Notes under the pieces: model-generated
What the model was told of the DNA's origin: nothing
The model's input: only the letters and a program-made list of their open reading frames with translations
The model's database searches: none
Shown here: positions 1-9,372 of the stretch, piece after piece
Position numbering within the stretch: the stretch's first letter is position 1
Layout of the letters: every line of letters starts with the position of its first letter
Assembly (NCBI GenBank): GCA_965233585.1
Contig: CBDDTI010000411.1
Span: forward strand, 1 to 24,508
DNA: 24,508 nucleotides
Source: a bacterium
GTDB taxonomy: Bacteria > SAR324 > NAC60-12
Reading direction: 5' to 3'
Translations under genes and position numbers: made by a program

Positions 1-63
1 TCTAAAATGTTGATCAAAATAGCAAATAATGTTCACGTAATAAAAATATAAATTTCAAATTAC

Positions 64-265
64 CTGATCTTAATTGATGTTTTTTATTTGAATTCTTCTT
101 GGAGTTCCTAGTTTCACGTTTCTTCTTACCAATCTTTTTATCATTTTTTTCTGTCTCCTTTTTGGTCTTCTTCTTTTTCTCCTCCTGAATAATCTTATGA
201 TTGTCCTCTTTGGCATCTTTGATGCGAGAATTTAATTTTCTCTTTTTTATTGGTGATTCCTTCAT
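64..265 (-). CDS. First exon of a Lys-rich (NLS-like) protein of unknown function, probably continuing beyond the left edge
   Basis: ATG at 265 and TATAAA at 311-306 on the minus strand. Donor AG|GTAATT at 63 and acceptor TTTTAG ending at 2 give a 62-nt intron, the same size class as the pPolB introns. Confidence 0.5.
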
Positions 266-479
266 GTTCTTTTCTTAAATGCGGGTTATTTACTCTAAAC
301 TCAAATTTATACTGACATTCAAAATAAAAATTCCATTCTTTTAAACCTTTTTAAAGTTTAATGTCTACCACCAACATGCGCTAGTTGACGCCCTAAAGGA
401 CCCAACACCGTCCATGTGTGAGGGCAAGTGTTCGATACGATCATTGAAATAAAATTTCAATTAAGAAACTAAGCTTGTG

Positions 480-783
480 ATCAAGAAATTTAAAAACTCA
501 AAATGACACGAACATAAATTTTCCGTTGATTGAAGTATTTAACGGAGATTAGATGATGTACATTGCATTGTCAACCAAGCACGTGTTCAAGGAATTTTAA
601 AAACTCAAAATGACATGAACATAAATTTTCCGTTGATTGAAGTATTTAACAAAGATTAGATGATGTACATTGCATTGTCAACCAAGCACGTGTCCAAGGA
701 ATTTAAAAAACTTGAAATATCATGATCATAAAATTTTCATTGATTTAAGTATTAAACTGAGATTAAATGATGCACGTTGCATC
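480..783. repeat. About three copies of a 107-bp tandem repeat in the divergent intergenic region
   Basis: CTCAAAATGAC at 497 and 604, with diverged CTTGAAATATC at 711. Copies 1 and 2 are nearly identical and each has CACGTG. Confidence 0.85.
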
Positions 784-920
784 GAGAATCAGTGACCATA
801 AATTTACTGTCAGAAATTTGATTGTTCAGGGTGTTGGGCAGGATTTTTCTCGTGCAGTTATTTCCTGGTGCGATTGGTCTAGAAACCGTTTAAAAGTGAG
901 CGCCTCACCGCTTAAATTTC

Positions 921-958
921 TATAAAAGTCAGGATTTATATTTTCCATTCCGTCATTC
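921..958 (+). promoter_or_regulatory. TATA box and possible initiator for the rightward replication genes
   Basis: TATAAAAG at 921-928, CCATTC/TCATTC Inr-like motifs at 945-958, first ATG at 1017. Confidence 0.5.
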
Positions 959-1016
959 CATTTTCGTTCATTTACCAAGAAAAGTCTTCTACCCCAAGTC
1001 AATTCTCAAGGTAAAA

Positions 1017-1799
1017 ATGCCTGGTCTTAACAATTCTGAATCTCGTCAAGTAATTCATGACTCGCAAGGGTTAAGGGTTACAGTACGTATTGCTGATGAT
1101 TCAACATCAAACTCTAACAACAACAACAACAACACCGCCGATGATTCAACATCGGACCCTACAATCAATAATAATAACTCCGATGATTTGACATCGACCA
1201 TCAACTCTGATGATTTAACATCAGTCTCTCCAACTGTTGTACCGATTGGACGAGGTGAGAGGTTAGCGAGACCAAATAACGTCTCAAACCCCCTTTTTGC
1301 TGGACGCGGAGTTGGACGAGGTGGGTCTGTCCGCAACACCTCAAATATTTCGAATGTCGGGCGTGGTGTTGGTCGAGGTCAACCAATTCAAAGAAATCCT
1401 CAACCATCTACTTCTGCTCCAACGGCTGGGCGGGAGGTTGGAGGCGGTGCTGGCAGGGGTGGAAGATATTTTCACCCTTACCGTCGTCCAGCAACTCAAA
1501 CTTCGGCCTCTACCATAAACGGTTCTCGTTCAAGTTCCGTTATTTTTATAAACAGCGATGGGGAAGAATTTGAGGAGGAGGAGGATTTTGATGAGACGGA
1601 TTATGACTACCACTATTCTACTTGTGTCGAACATTTATTCAACAGAAGAAGAGTAATTTTCGATATTAATGAAAGATATGCTGAGTCTTTGATTCAACGT
1701 CAAATACGATCACTTGAGCGACAAAATCTTTGGCTTCGAAATGAATGCCAAAGATTAAACACTCAATTGCAACGATGTAGGGAGTTGTTGTCTTCTTAA
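1017..1799 (+). CDS. Disordered RG/RGG-rich protein with acidic patch and C-terminal leucine-zipper-like coiled coil
   Basis: 260-aa ORF with GRGVGRG repeats, RYFHPY (PY-NLS-like), EEFEEEEDFDE and a heptad pattern in IRSLERQNLWLRNECQRLNTQLQRCRELL. Confidence 0.7.
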   Translation: MPGLNNSESRQVIHDSQGLRVTVRIADDSTSNSNNNNNNTADDSTSDPTINNNNSDDLTSTINSDDLTSVSPTVVPIGRGERLARPNNVSNPLFAGRGVGRGGSVRNTSNISNVGRGVGRGQPIQRNPQPSTSAPTAGREVGGGAGRGGRYFHPYRRPATQTSASTINGSRSSSVIFINSDGEEFEEEEDFDETDYDYHYSTCVEHLFNRRRVIFDINERYAESLIQRQIRSLERQNLWLRNECQRLNTQLQRCRELLSS

Positions 1800-1884
1800 G
1801 ATTTTTGAGTTCATAATGTATATATTATAAAATGTAGTCTCAAATTAATGTTAAAATAAATTTTGATTTCAGAATTTTGTAAGA

Positions 1885-2604
1885 ATGCCGAAATCTTACG
1901 TGTGTCCCGAATGCCAAAAATCATTTGACAGAAAATCTTCTCGCGACAAACATCATTTATTCCGTCATCGCGAAACTACAAAATCTCGAGCTCGGACCCC
2001 ACTCAATCAGTCGTTTCAATGCCCATTTTGTAAGAACGAAGTAAGTTCTTTTAAATCAAGAAAAGATTTAGTCTCACACATTGACGCTTCTCATTTAGAA
2101 AATTTAAATTATTCATTGTACAAATCCGCACTTAACGGAAAAATCAAATTTTATCGAAAACACATTTTTTCAAAAGAAACACTTCAAGGATTTGTTGCAA
2201 ATAAAAAAAATAGACAAGAAATAGTTGACGTTATTTGTCACGAACTAAGTAAAACTTTTACGGTTAAAGTTGCCCTTATTTTGACAGCGGCGTATCAAAT
2301 TCCTGATTTGAATTCCGCTGCAGAGAAGAAGGACATTGAACTAGATACTACCAATATTGATGATACCTCTGATAAACCTTCTGATCAGTCGTCGCCTCAA
2401 ATATTGTCCAATGATCGAGATGTTTTTGCTCTAAGAACCAGCTACATTCAATTCACGTCTTTTGATTCATCCCGCTCGTTAAAAGGCAAAGTCCAAAAAT
2501 TATTACATAATTTAGTAAATAGAGAAGAAGATTTGTTAATGAGAGGTTCTGGATGGAGATTTGAATCTTTATCTTTTAGCGATATTCAAATTACTAGCAT
2601 TTGA
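1885..2604 (+). CDS. C2H2 zinc-finger protein with a putative terminal-protein domain (normally the pPolB N-terminus)
   Basis: Two C2H2 fingers (CPEC...H...H; CPFC...H...H). The C-terminal RGSGWRFESLSFSDIQI resembles the GSGW motif of Polinton pPolB N-terminal regions. AATAAA follows the stop. Confidence 0.7.
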   Translation: MPKSYVCPECQKSFDRKSSRDKHHLFRHRETTKSRARTPLNQSFQCPFCKNEVSSFKSRKDLVSHIDASHLENLNYSLYKSALNGKIKFYRKHIFSKETLQGFVANKKNRQEIVDVICHELSKTFTVKVALILTAAYQIPDLNSAAEKKDIELDTTNIDDTSDKPSDQSSPQILSNDRDVFALRTSYIQFTSFDSSRSLKGKVQKLLHNLVNREEDLLMRGSGWRFESLSFSDIQITSI

Positions 2605-2656
2605 TTTAATAAACTTATTTTGTTTTATTCAAAAAAATTTCAAATAAACTTTGGAA

Positions 2657-5600
2657 ATGGATTTTATAGAAATTCCACGTGATTTAAAGAGATCTAATTG
2701 CTTGGAATGGAAAACTCGTTACGATAAATTCAATTTTCTTTATCTGTACATTAGACATCTTTTTCCTGAGGAAACGGTTTCCGTTGTTGATTTTCGTCAA
2801 ATGCCGATAAAGTATCTTAAAAAGTTTAATATAAGAGGTTTCAAATTCCCTCTTCAATTTTGTAATTTAAAAAAATTCTTAAATAGAAACTCCCATTTAC
2901 CAATTTCAATTTCAGTTTTTTATGAGAGTGAAGGTCAAGTTTCAAAGTTAGGTTTTTTTACTAACAAAAACAACAACAGAAACAAAAACATTTTAAATTT
3001 GTTAATGATAAAATATGATCCTGAAATCTCTCTTGAAAATGAATCTCCATTTTCTCGCCTTGCAAAACCAATTCAACGCAAGAAAAAATCTTCTTGTAAA
3101 AAGATTGTCAATTGTAGTTCTAATGTCAAATTGGGTTTTTCTTCCAAGTTTAAAAAGATCAAGGATTTAAATCAACAGCACCATTTCTTTAAAATTACCA
3201 AAATCCAAGGTTTTTTGAATAATCGGGCCGGACTGTTGTCGGGTAAAAAAGCAGCTCAACAGAAGCACATCTATTGTGAAAAATGTCTGCTTCATTTTCG
3301 ATCCAAATCTAAAAAAGAAAAACACGAAAACACTTGCTGTGATAAACAACGTGCTATCTACCCAAGTAAAAATTCCTCCATAAGTTTTACCAATCATAAA
3401 CATAAATTTCATGCTCCTGTTGTTGGATTTTGTGATTTTGAATGTGTACTTCAAAGAAACAAAGAACGATCTAAATGTCAACTCTGTTTAAAAACTGAGT
3501 GTTTGTGTGCTTTTCCCACCAGTGACGATATAAACGTGCATAGACCAGTGGGGTATAGCTTGCTTTTTGTGGATTCGAATGATGAGGTATTTTTTCAAGA
3601 AGAATATGTAGGAGAGGATGCAGCCAAACATTTTTTGGATCGAATGCATTTCTATGAAAAAGTTGTTGACGAAAGAAAACAAAAATTCAGACATATTGTT
3701 AAAAATCAATCTAGTCCGCAAGAATGGCAAATGTATCAAAAAGCAAAAGTTTGTCATATTTGTGGTGGTCAATTCAAAAAGTACTCTAGAAATTACAGAA
3801 AAGTTCTAGATCATGATCACGTGACAGGGAAAATAATGGGCGCAGCTCATTCACTGTGTAACTTGACGAGATCCGGCCCCTTTCACACACCAATTTTTTT
3901 CCACAACGCTCAAGGGTAAGAAGTCTTAATTGGGTTTATTTATTAAACTAACACAAATTATGTACGCGTTTCAGATACGATTTGCATTTAATCGTGGAAG
4001 AGTTAAATGTTTCCAAATTTAAGCAAAATGTAAAAGTCTTAGCAAAAAACAGTGAAAAGTTTCGCACTCTTACATTGGGCAAATTTAAAATTCAAGATTC
4101 GTTAGAGCACATTTCTGGCAGTCTAGATGCACTTGTTCAAGATTTGAATCAGACCTCAAATTTTACCTTTCCCATTTTACAACAAATGGAAAGATATAAA
4201 AAAATTCCTGTTCGTCAAAAATCAAAAGCTTTAAAACTTTTAAAAAGAAAAGGCGTTTTTTGTTACGAACATTTCCAATCTTTAGAAGAGATGAAGAAAA
4301 GTCGAAACCTTCCGTCCAAAGACTCTTTTTATTCTGAATTAAACGAAGAACACATTACGGAAGCGGATTATTCCCATGCTCAAGAAGTCTTTAAATTGTT
4401 CAAATGCAAGAATGTGGTGGATTACATGATGCTCTATTGTTCTTTAGACGTTGTTTTGCTGTGTGAAGCATTTCTTCAGTACAGGAAAATGGTTATGGAA
4501 CATTTTCAATTGGATCCTGTTTATTATCTAGGTAAACTTTAATCTTTACTGTTGGATGTATCGTAATACTAAATTTGTTCTACCTAAATTAGGAATTCCT
4601 GGCTTGAGTTTTGATGTCATGCTTATGTTCTTTCAAAATTCAGAACAAGCTAAATCAGATAATAAGCTCACATCCGAATCTGAAACCTCCAAACCCCTCG
4701 GATCATTAGATGTCTATTCCGATCCTGAAATGGAGCGTTTTTTTACAAAGGGTATCAGAGGTGGGCAAAGTTTTATCGCTCAGCGTTATGCCAAAGGGAA
4801 TAGCAATCCTAGAAAAAGCGGCGATCACTTGTTATACATTGATGGTAATTTTATACTGTATTATCTGATGAAATCATTTTTGTTATGATCCATACAATTT
4901 TTCAGCCAACAACTTATACGGGAGTATGGAAACTTTAAAATTACCAGTTTCTGATTTCCAATGGGTTTCAAAAACAGAATTTAAAAATTGGACTGCCGAA
5001 GATATTATCAACATTCCTTCGCAAGACGATACTGGATATGCGTTCGAAGTTGATTTGCATTATCCTTCTCATCTTCACCAGGTAAATCCGATCTTTGTTG
5101 TGATACGTTATTTATTGTTTTGACAAGTTACATGATATCATTTTCAGGCACACGATCAATTTCCGCTGGCTCCGTATACAGACACGGTTTCTTTTAAACA
5201 TCTATCTCCTTACAATCGCCGTTTACTGAAACATCACTGTCCTCGAGATTATAGGAACAAAAGATACCGGAGCAAGAAATTGTTGAGCACTTTTTATGAC
5301 CGAAAAAAGTACGTGGTGCATCTGGAAAACCTGCAGTACTACTTGAAAAAGGGCATGAAGTTGCTGAAGATAAGAAGAGTCATGAAGTTTCGACAAAAAG
5401 CTTTTTTGAAGGAGTTCATCGAAAAGGTCACAAAGCTGCGATCAAATGCTCGCAATGACTTTGAACTCCGGCTTTTTAAACTTTTTGCCAACTCTACTTT
5501 TGGAAAATTTATTGGTGAGTTTTGAGATAAGATAATTTAATGATGTTGAGATTGTAAAAGACGCAAAAGCGTAATTTGACGCAGTCCATTTTTCTGTAAA

Positions 5601-8566
5601 AAATGAATTTGTTAAATACTCAAACGAATTTGGGGTCATTTTTTGTATTTTTTCTTTAATTTTGAGGCACAAGTGCGTGGTGGTACCGGCGACAGTTGCG
5701 GCAGTACGTCCTGCCGGCACCAACCACGCACTTAGCCTCATCAAAATCGTCATCTTCACCAATATCGGCTTCGTTGGCGGGGCTGACGTCGGCGGGGATG
5801 ACGTCGGCGGGGCTGACATCGGTGGGGATGACGTTGGCGGGGATGACGTCGGTGGGGATGACGTCCGGACGGACCGGCGACAAAGTCGGCGACGGAGGCG
5901 GCGGCCGTCCTGATCATCATGATCAAGCCTCTGGCAAGCCGTCTAAGACGGCCACCGCCCCACATCAGTGGTGGACGCGGCGGTGTCTCGCTCAATGGCG
6001 GGTCCGGCAGCAGCTTGAACCTCTCCTCCTCCTCCTCTTCCGTCCATTTCGCCCTCAACACCTCGTATTTCCCCCTCCTCATCCTTCCTAACTTTACCTT
6101 GTCCATTTTCCTTTTCCTTCTCCTTCTCCTCTTCCTTCTCTAAATTTGTTTTGAATTTTCCCGCATGGTTTTGTCAATTTTAGAAAATGAATCTCCAAAC
6201 CTTCACATATTAATTAGCAAATTATCTCATAAATATTCATAATATTAAATCAATATTAAATTAAAAATTCGCAAAATGAATTAATCAAGTACGCAAACTT
6301 TTGAAAAATCAATTTTTATAAAATGATGTGTTTATTTTGTAATCAAAAAGAAAAAGAAAAATGATCAAATTTAAATTTTAATTTTTTTTTGTAACTTTTC
6401 GAGCTGTAGACGGAGACCACACTGATGGAAATGCCGTTACTTGACGCACTTCTGGTGTTGGTGAAGGTTCCACGTGAGTATAGGGTTGTGGTTTAGATTT
6501 TTGTGTTGATTGTGAAGACAAATCAAAAGACACGCGATGAGAGGTCTGCTTTCGTGACTCCGACTCCGGCCTTTGTGGGACGGATTTGTACGGGGTTCGT
6601 GATGGCCAAGCAGGTGCTACGGGTCGCTCGGAAGATGCCCATGATTCTCCACCCAAAGCCGCAGAAGATGACCATGCTCCTCCAGTTTTAGTAGATGACC
6701 ATGCCCCCTCAGTTTTAGCTGATGACCATGCTCCTCCGCCCACAGCCCCAGAAGATGTCCATGCTCCTCCGGTTTTAGTGGATGACCATGCTCCCCCGCC
6801 CCCAGCCCCGGTAGTAGATGCGCTCTTCCACGACTCCGACCCTGATTTTTGCGGGACGGATTTGTACGGGGTCCGTGATGGCCAAGCAGGTGCCACGGGA
6901 CGTTCGGAAGATGCCCATGATCCCCCACCCAAGGCCGCAGAAGATGACCATGCTCCCGCAGTTTTAGTAGATGACCATGCCCCCTCATTTTTAGCAGATG
7001 ACCATGCTCCTCCGCCCACAGCCCCAGAAGATGACCATGCTCCTCCGGTTTTAGTGGATGACCATGCTCCCCCACTCCCGGCTCCGACAGTAGATGCACT
7101 CTTCCATGACTCCCGCTCTGATTTTTGTGGGACGGACTTGTACGGGGTCCGTGATGGCCAAGCAGGTGCCACGGGACGTTCGGAAGATGACCATGATTCC
7201 CCACCCAAGGCCGCAGAAGATGACCATGCTCCTCCGGTTTTAGTGGATGACCATGCTCCTCCGCCCCCGACCCCGGCAGTAGATGCGCTCTTCCACGACT
7301 CCGACCCTGATTTTTGTGGGACGGACTTGTACGGGGTCCGTGATGGCCAAGCAGGTGCCACGGGACGCTCGGAAGATGTCCATGATCCTCCACCCGCAGC
7401 CCCAGAAGATGACCATGCTCCCTCAGTTTTTGTAGATGACCATGCTCCCCCAGCCGCAGCCCCGGTAGAGCTACTGCCAGAAGTCGGACTTGAAGTTGCC
7501 TCCTCCTTGGCTGATTCTATTACTTTTAACCAAAAAGCTTTGCTCTTTTCCTGATCTTTTTTATCCATTTTGACTTAGTGTTTATTTTGTTGGAATTTTT
7601 GATGTCCGTTTATGTCGGGCTTTAAAAAAGGAATGATTTCAAATTGAAGTAAATTATAGTACATTGCTAATTACAGAGGAAAGTGAAATGTGATATGGGA
7701 CGGCTAGTTAGCTGAGGTGATTGCGCACATAATCAATTTTCTTTATTAAATAAATCTTATTTTGCATTTCAGAAAATGTTCGAAATTACTCTGAAGTGGT
7801 CCTTTGTGGTGATGAACAGAGCTTAAGGAAAGCCAGTCTTGGTCAACACATCAACAGTTTTCAAATCATCAATGAAAACTTGGTGGCTGTCAACAAGAAG
7901 CCGGCAATAATAGAGCTCAGGAAGCCTTTAGCTGTTGGATTTTCTATTTTGGAATTGTCCAAGTTGTTTATGTACAGATCGTATTATGACACGATTCAAC
8001 AACATTTTGGCGAAAAAAATGTGTCTTTATGTTTCTCAGACACGGATTCTTTTCTTTTAAAAGTAAGATGCAACAACTTGGAAAGGGAAATGAAAAAATT
8101 AGAGCACATATTTGATTTTTCAAAGTACCCCAAACAACATCCTCTTTTCGATGACAGTAGAGCCAATCAGCTTTTTTATTTTAAAGACGAACTAAAAGGC
8201 AGAGCTGCTATTACTCACTTTATAGGCTTACGTCCAAAATGTTATTCTATGAAAATTACTGATTTTTCAGACAAAAACAAAACAGAAGAAAAGAAAATTT
8301 GCAAAGGTTTAAAAAAATCTAGCATAAAAAAGCAATTAACCTATAACGATTACAAAAAATGTCTAAAACGTGCTGTTCTAATTTACAAATCTTTCAAAAA
8401 CTTAAGATCAAAGAATCATAAAATTCGGACATGTTTTCAAAGAAAGATTGCGTTATCAGCAATGGATTCCAAAAGACACATTTTGAATTGCGGATATCAC
8501 ACTTTATCACTAGGAAATTGTCTTATTGTCAACAACAAATCATCTAAATGCCCTATTTGTAAATAA
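2657..8566 (+). CDS. polB: Protein-primed family B DNA polymerase, 6 exons: 2657-3915, 3975-4531, 4593-4844, 4906-5081, 5148-5514, 7773-8566 (3405 nt, 1134 aa)
   Basis: Splicing rebuilds ExoII HNAQG/YDLHL, DPVYYLG/IPGLSFD, motif A YIDA/NNLYG, YPSHLHQ/AHDQFPLAP and motif B KLFANSTFGKFIE/NVR. Also present: ExoI DFE, ExoIII YCSLDV, motif C SDTDS, LRPKCY, KGL, and an endonuclease VII-like insert CHIC...DHDH...AHSLCN. Confidence 0.93.
3916..3974 (+). other. pPolB intron 1 (59 nt)
   Basis: GTAAG...CTAAC branch-like...TTTCAG; removal gives GG+A TAC GAT (G-Y-D) in frame. Confidence 0.93.
4532..4592 (+). other. pPolB intron 2 (61 nt)
   Basis: GTAAAC...ATTAG; removal gives YYLG-IPGLSF in frame. Confidence 0.88.
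4845..4905 (+). other. pPolB intron 3 (61 nt)
   Basis: GTAATT...TTTTCAG; removal restores catalytic motif A, D-A-N-N-L-Y-G. Confidence 0.93.
5082..5147 (+). other. pPolB intron 4 (66 nt)
   Basis: CAG|GTAAAT...TTTTCAG|GCA; removal restores LHQAHDQFPLAP. Confidence 0.92.
5756..6106 (-). CDS. Arg-rich, protamine/core-like ORF nested in intron 5 (frame uncertain, possibly a pseudogene)
   Basis: 116-aa ORF with RHPHR/RQPR repeats and MWGG|G. An in-frame upstream ATG at 6166 is cut off by TAG at 6142-6140, followed by RRKRRRRRKRK. TATAAAA at 6320-6314. Other frames are also partly open. Confidence 0.35.
   Translation of the reverse strand: MDKVKLGRMRRGKYEVLRAKWTEEEEEERFKLLPDPPLSETPPRPPLMWGGGRLRRLARGLIMMIRTAAASVADFVAGPSGRHPHRRHPRQRHPHRCQPRRRHPRRRQPRQRSRYW
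5772..5861. repeat. Six copies of a 15-bp GC-rich tandem repeat (CGTCGGCGGGGATGA consensus)
   Basis: Directly visible, with 0-2 substitutions per unit. Confidence 0.9.
6378..7568 (-). CDS. 396-aa Ser/Gly/Trp-rich repeat protein nested antisense in intron 5
   Basis: GTCAAA-ATG start, unique N- and C-termini, many GGAWSS units and four copies of ERPVAPAWPSRTPYKSVPQ. AATAAA on the minus strand at 6336-6331 follows the stop. Confidence 0.7.
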   Translation of the reverse strand: MDKKDQEKSKAFWLKVIESAKEEATSSPTSGSSSTGAAAGGAWSSTKTEGAWSSSGAAGGGSWTSSERPVAPAWPSRTPYKSVPQKSGSESWKSASTAGVGGGGAWSSTKTGGAWSSSAALGGESWSSSERPVAPAWPSRTPYKSVPQKSERESWKSASTVGAGSGGAWSSTKTGGAWSSSGAVGGGAWSSAKNEGAWSSTKTAGAWSSSAALGGGSWASSERPVAPAWPSRTPYKSVPQKSGSESWKSASTTGAGGGGAWSSTKTGGAWTSSGAVGGGAWSSAKTEGAWSSTKTGGAWSSSAALGGESWASSERPVAPAWPSRTPYKSVPQRPESESRKQTSHRVSFDLSSQSTQKSKPQPYTHVEPSPTPEVRQVTAFPSVWSPSTARKVTKKN

Positions 8567-8629
8567 ATAAAACATATTGTTACTTTTATTTAAGAAAAAA
8601 TTTTTAAATATTTTTCAAAAACTAGCAAA

Positions 8630-9324
8630 ATGGATGGTTTTGATTTAAGGTTCAGTATTCCTTCCAACATGTTAATTGTTGGCCCAACATCGAGTGGAAA
8701 AACAACGTGGCTTAAACATTTAGTGGTTGGTAGGCATGAATATTTTGCAACTCCGCCAGAAACAATGTTGTTGTTCTACAAAGAACCACAAAAAGCTTAT
8801 GAATACATGGAAGATGATATGAATCGAGACAAACGTTCAAACTCTCGTTTTCCAACATTTCGTAAATTTAAAAGTATTCCAAATTCGATTGAAGAACTAA
8901 AAGATATTTTGGAATCATATCCAAGAAAAATGCCCAAATTAGTTGTTTTTGATGATTATTTAGACGATGTTGGACAAATATTAAAACATTTTTTTACGGT
9001 TTTGACTCATCACTACAATTGTTTCACCGTTTTTCTGTGTCAAAATTTATTTGATAAAAAAGGTGATTTGCGGACATTAAGCATAAACACTCAGTACATG
9101 GTTCTTTTTAACAATCCTCGGGACAGAAGTGCGGTTGCGCATTTGGCTAAACAAATTTTCCCGGACGAGTCGGAATTTTAAATAAAGCATATAGGGAAGC
9201 TGTTAACGGTCGAAGTCATGGATATCTCCTTCTAGATTTCCATCAACAACAAGACGATAAAGTCAGAATTCGAAGCAACATTTTTCCGTACGAGGGTCTG
9301 ATGAAAGCTTACGTTACCGTTTAA
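8630..9324 (+). CDS. A32/FtsK-HerA family DNA packaging ATPase with a -1 frameshift near 9178
   Basis: Walker A GPTSSGKTT, Walker B VVFDD, HHYN..VFLCQN and RTLSIN. The conserved C-terminus (KAYREA...GYLLLD...RIRSNIFP) continues in the -1 frame to TAA at 9322-9324. Confidence 0.88.
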
Positions 9325-9372
9325 AGGATTTTCATATCTATTTAAGAAAAATAAAAAATTGCAACTGTCAAA

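Larger units (their letters stand above)
5515..7772 (+). other. pPolB intron 5 (2258 nt), containing antisense ORFs
   Basis: G|GTGAGT donor and TTTTGCATTTCAG|AA acceptor; removal gives GKFIE-NVRNY, the expected continuation of motif B. Confidence 0.88.

Noticed and set aside
2580..2670. Intron fusing the terminal-protein ORF to pPolB
   Set aside because: There is no GT donor between the GSGW motif and the TGA at 2602-2604, and AATAAA follows the stop. A non-canonical event cannot be fully excluded.
2651..5525. pPolB as a fragmented pseudogene or five separate genes
   Set aside because: Every break is bounded by GT...AG and splicing restores frame and motifs exactly.
6586..7554. Plus-strand 322-aa DDHAPP-repeat ORF and the alternative minus frame 6617-7393
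   Set aside because: These are shadows of the repeat gene. The 6378-7568 frame has an ATG in good context, unique termini and a poly(A) signal.
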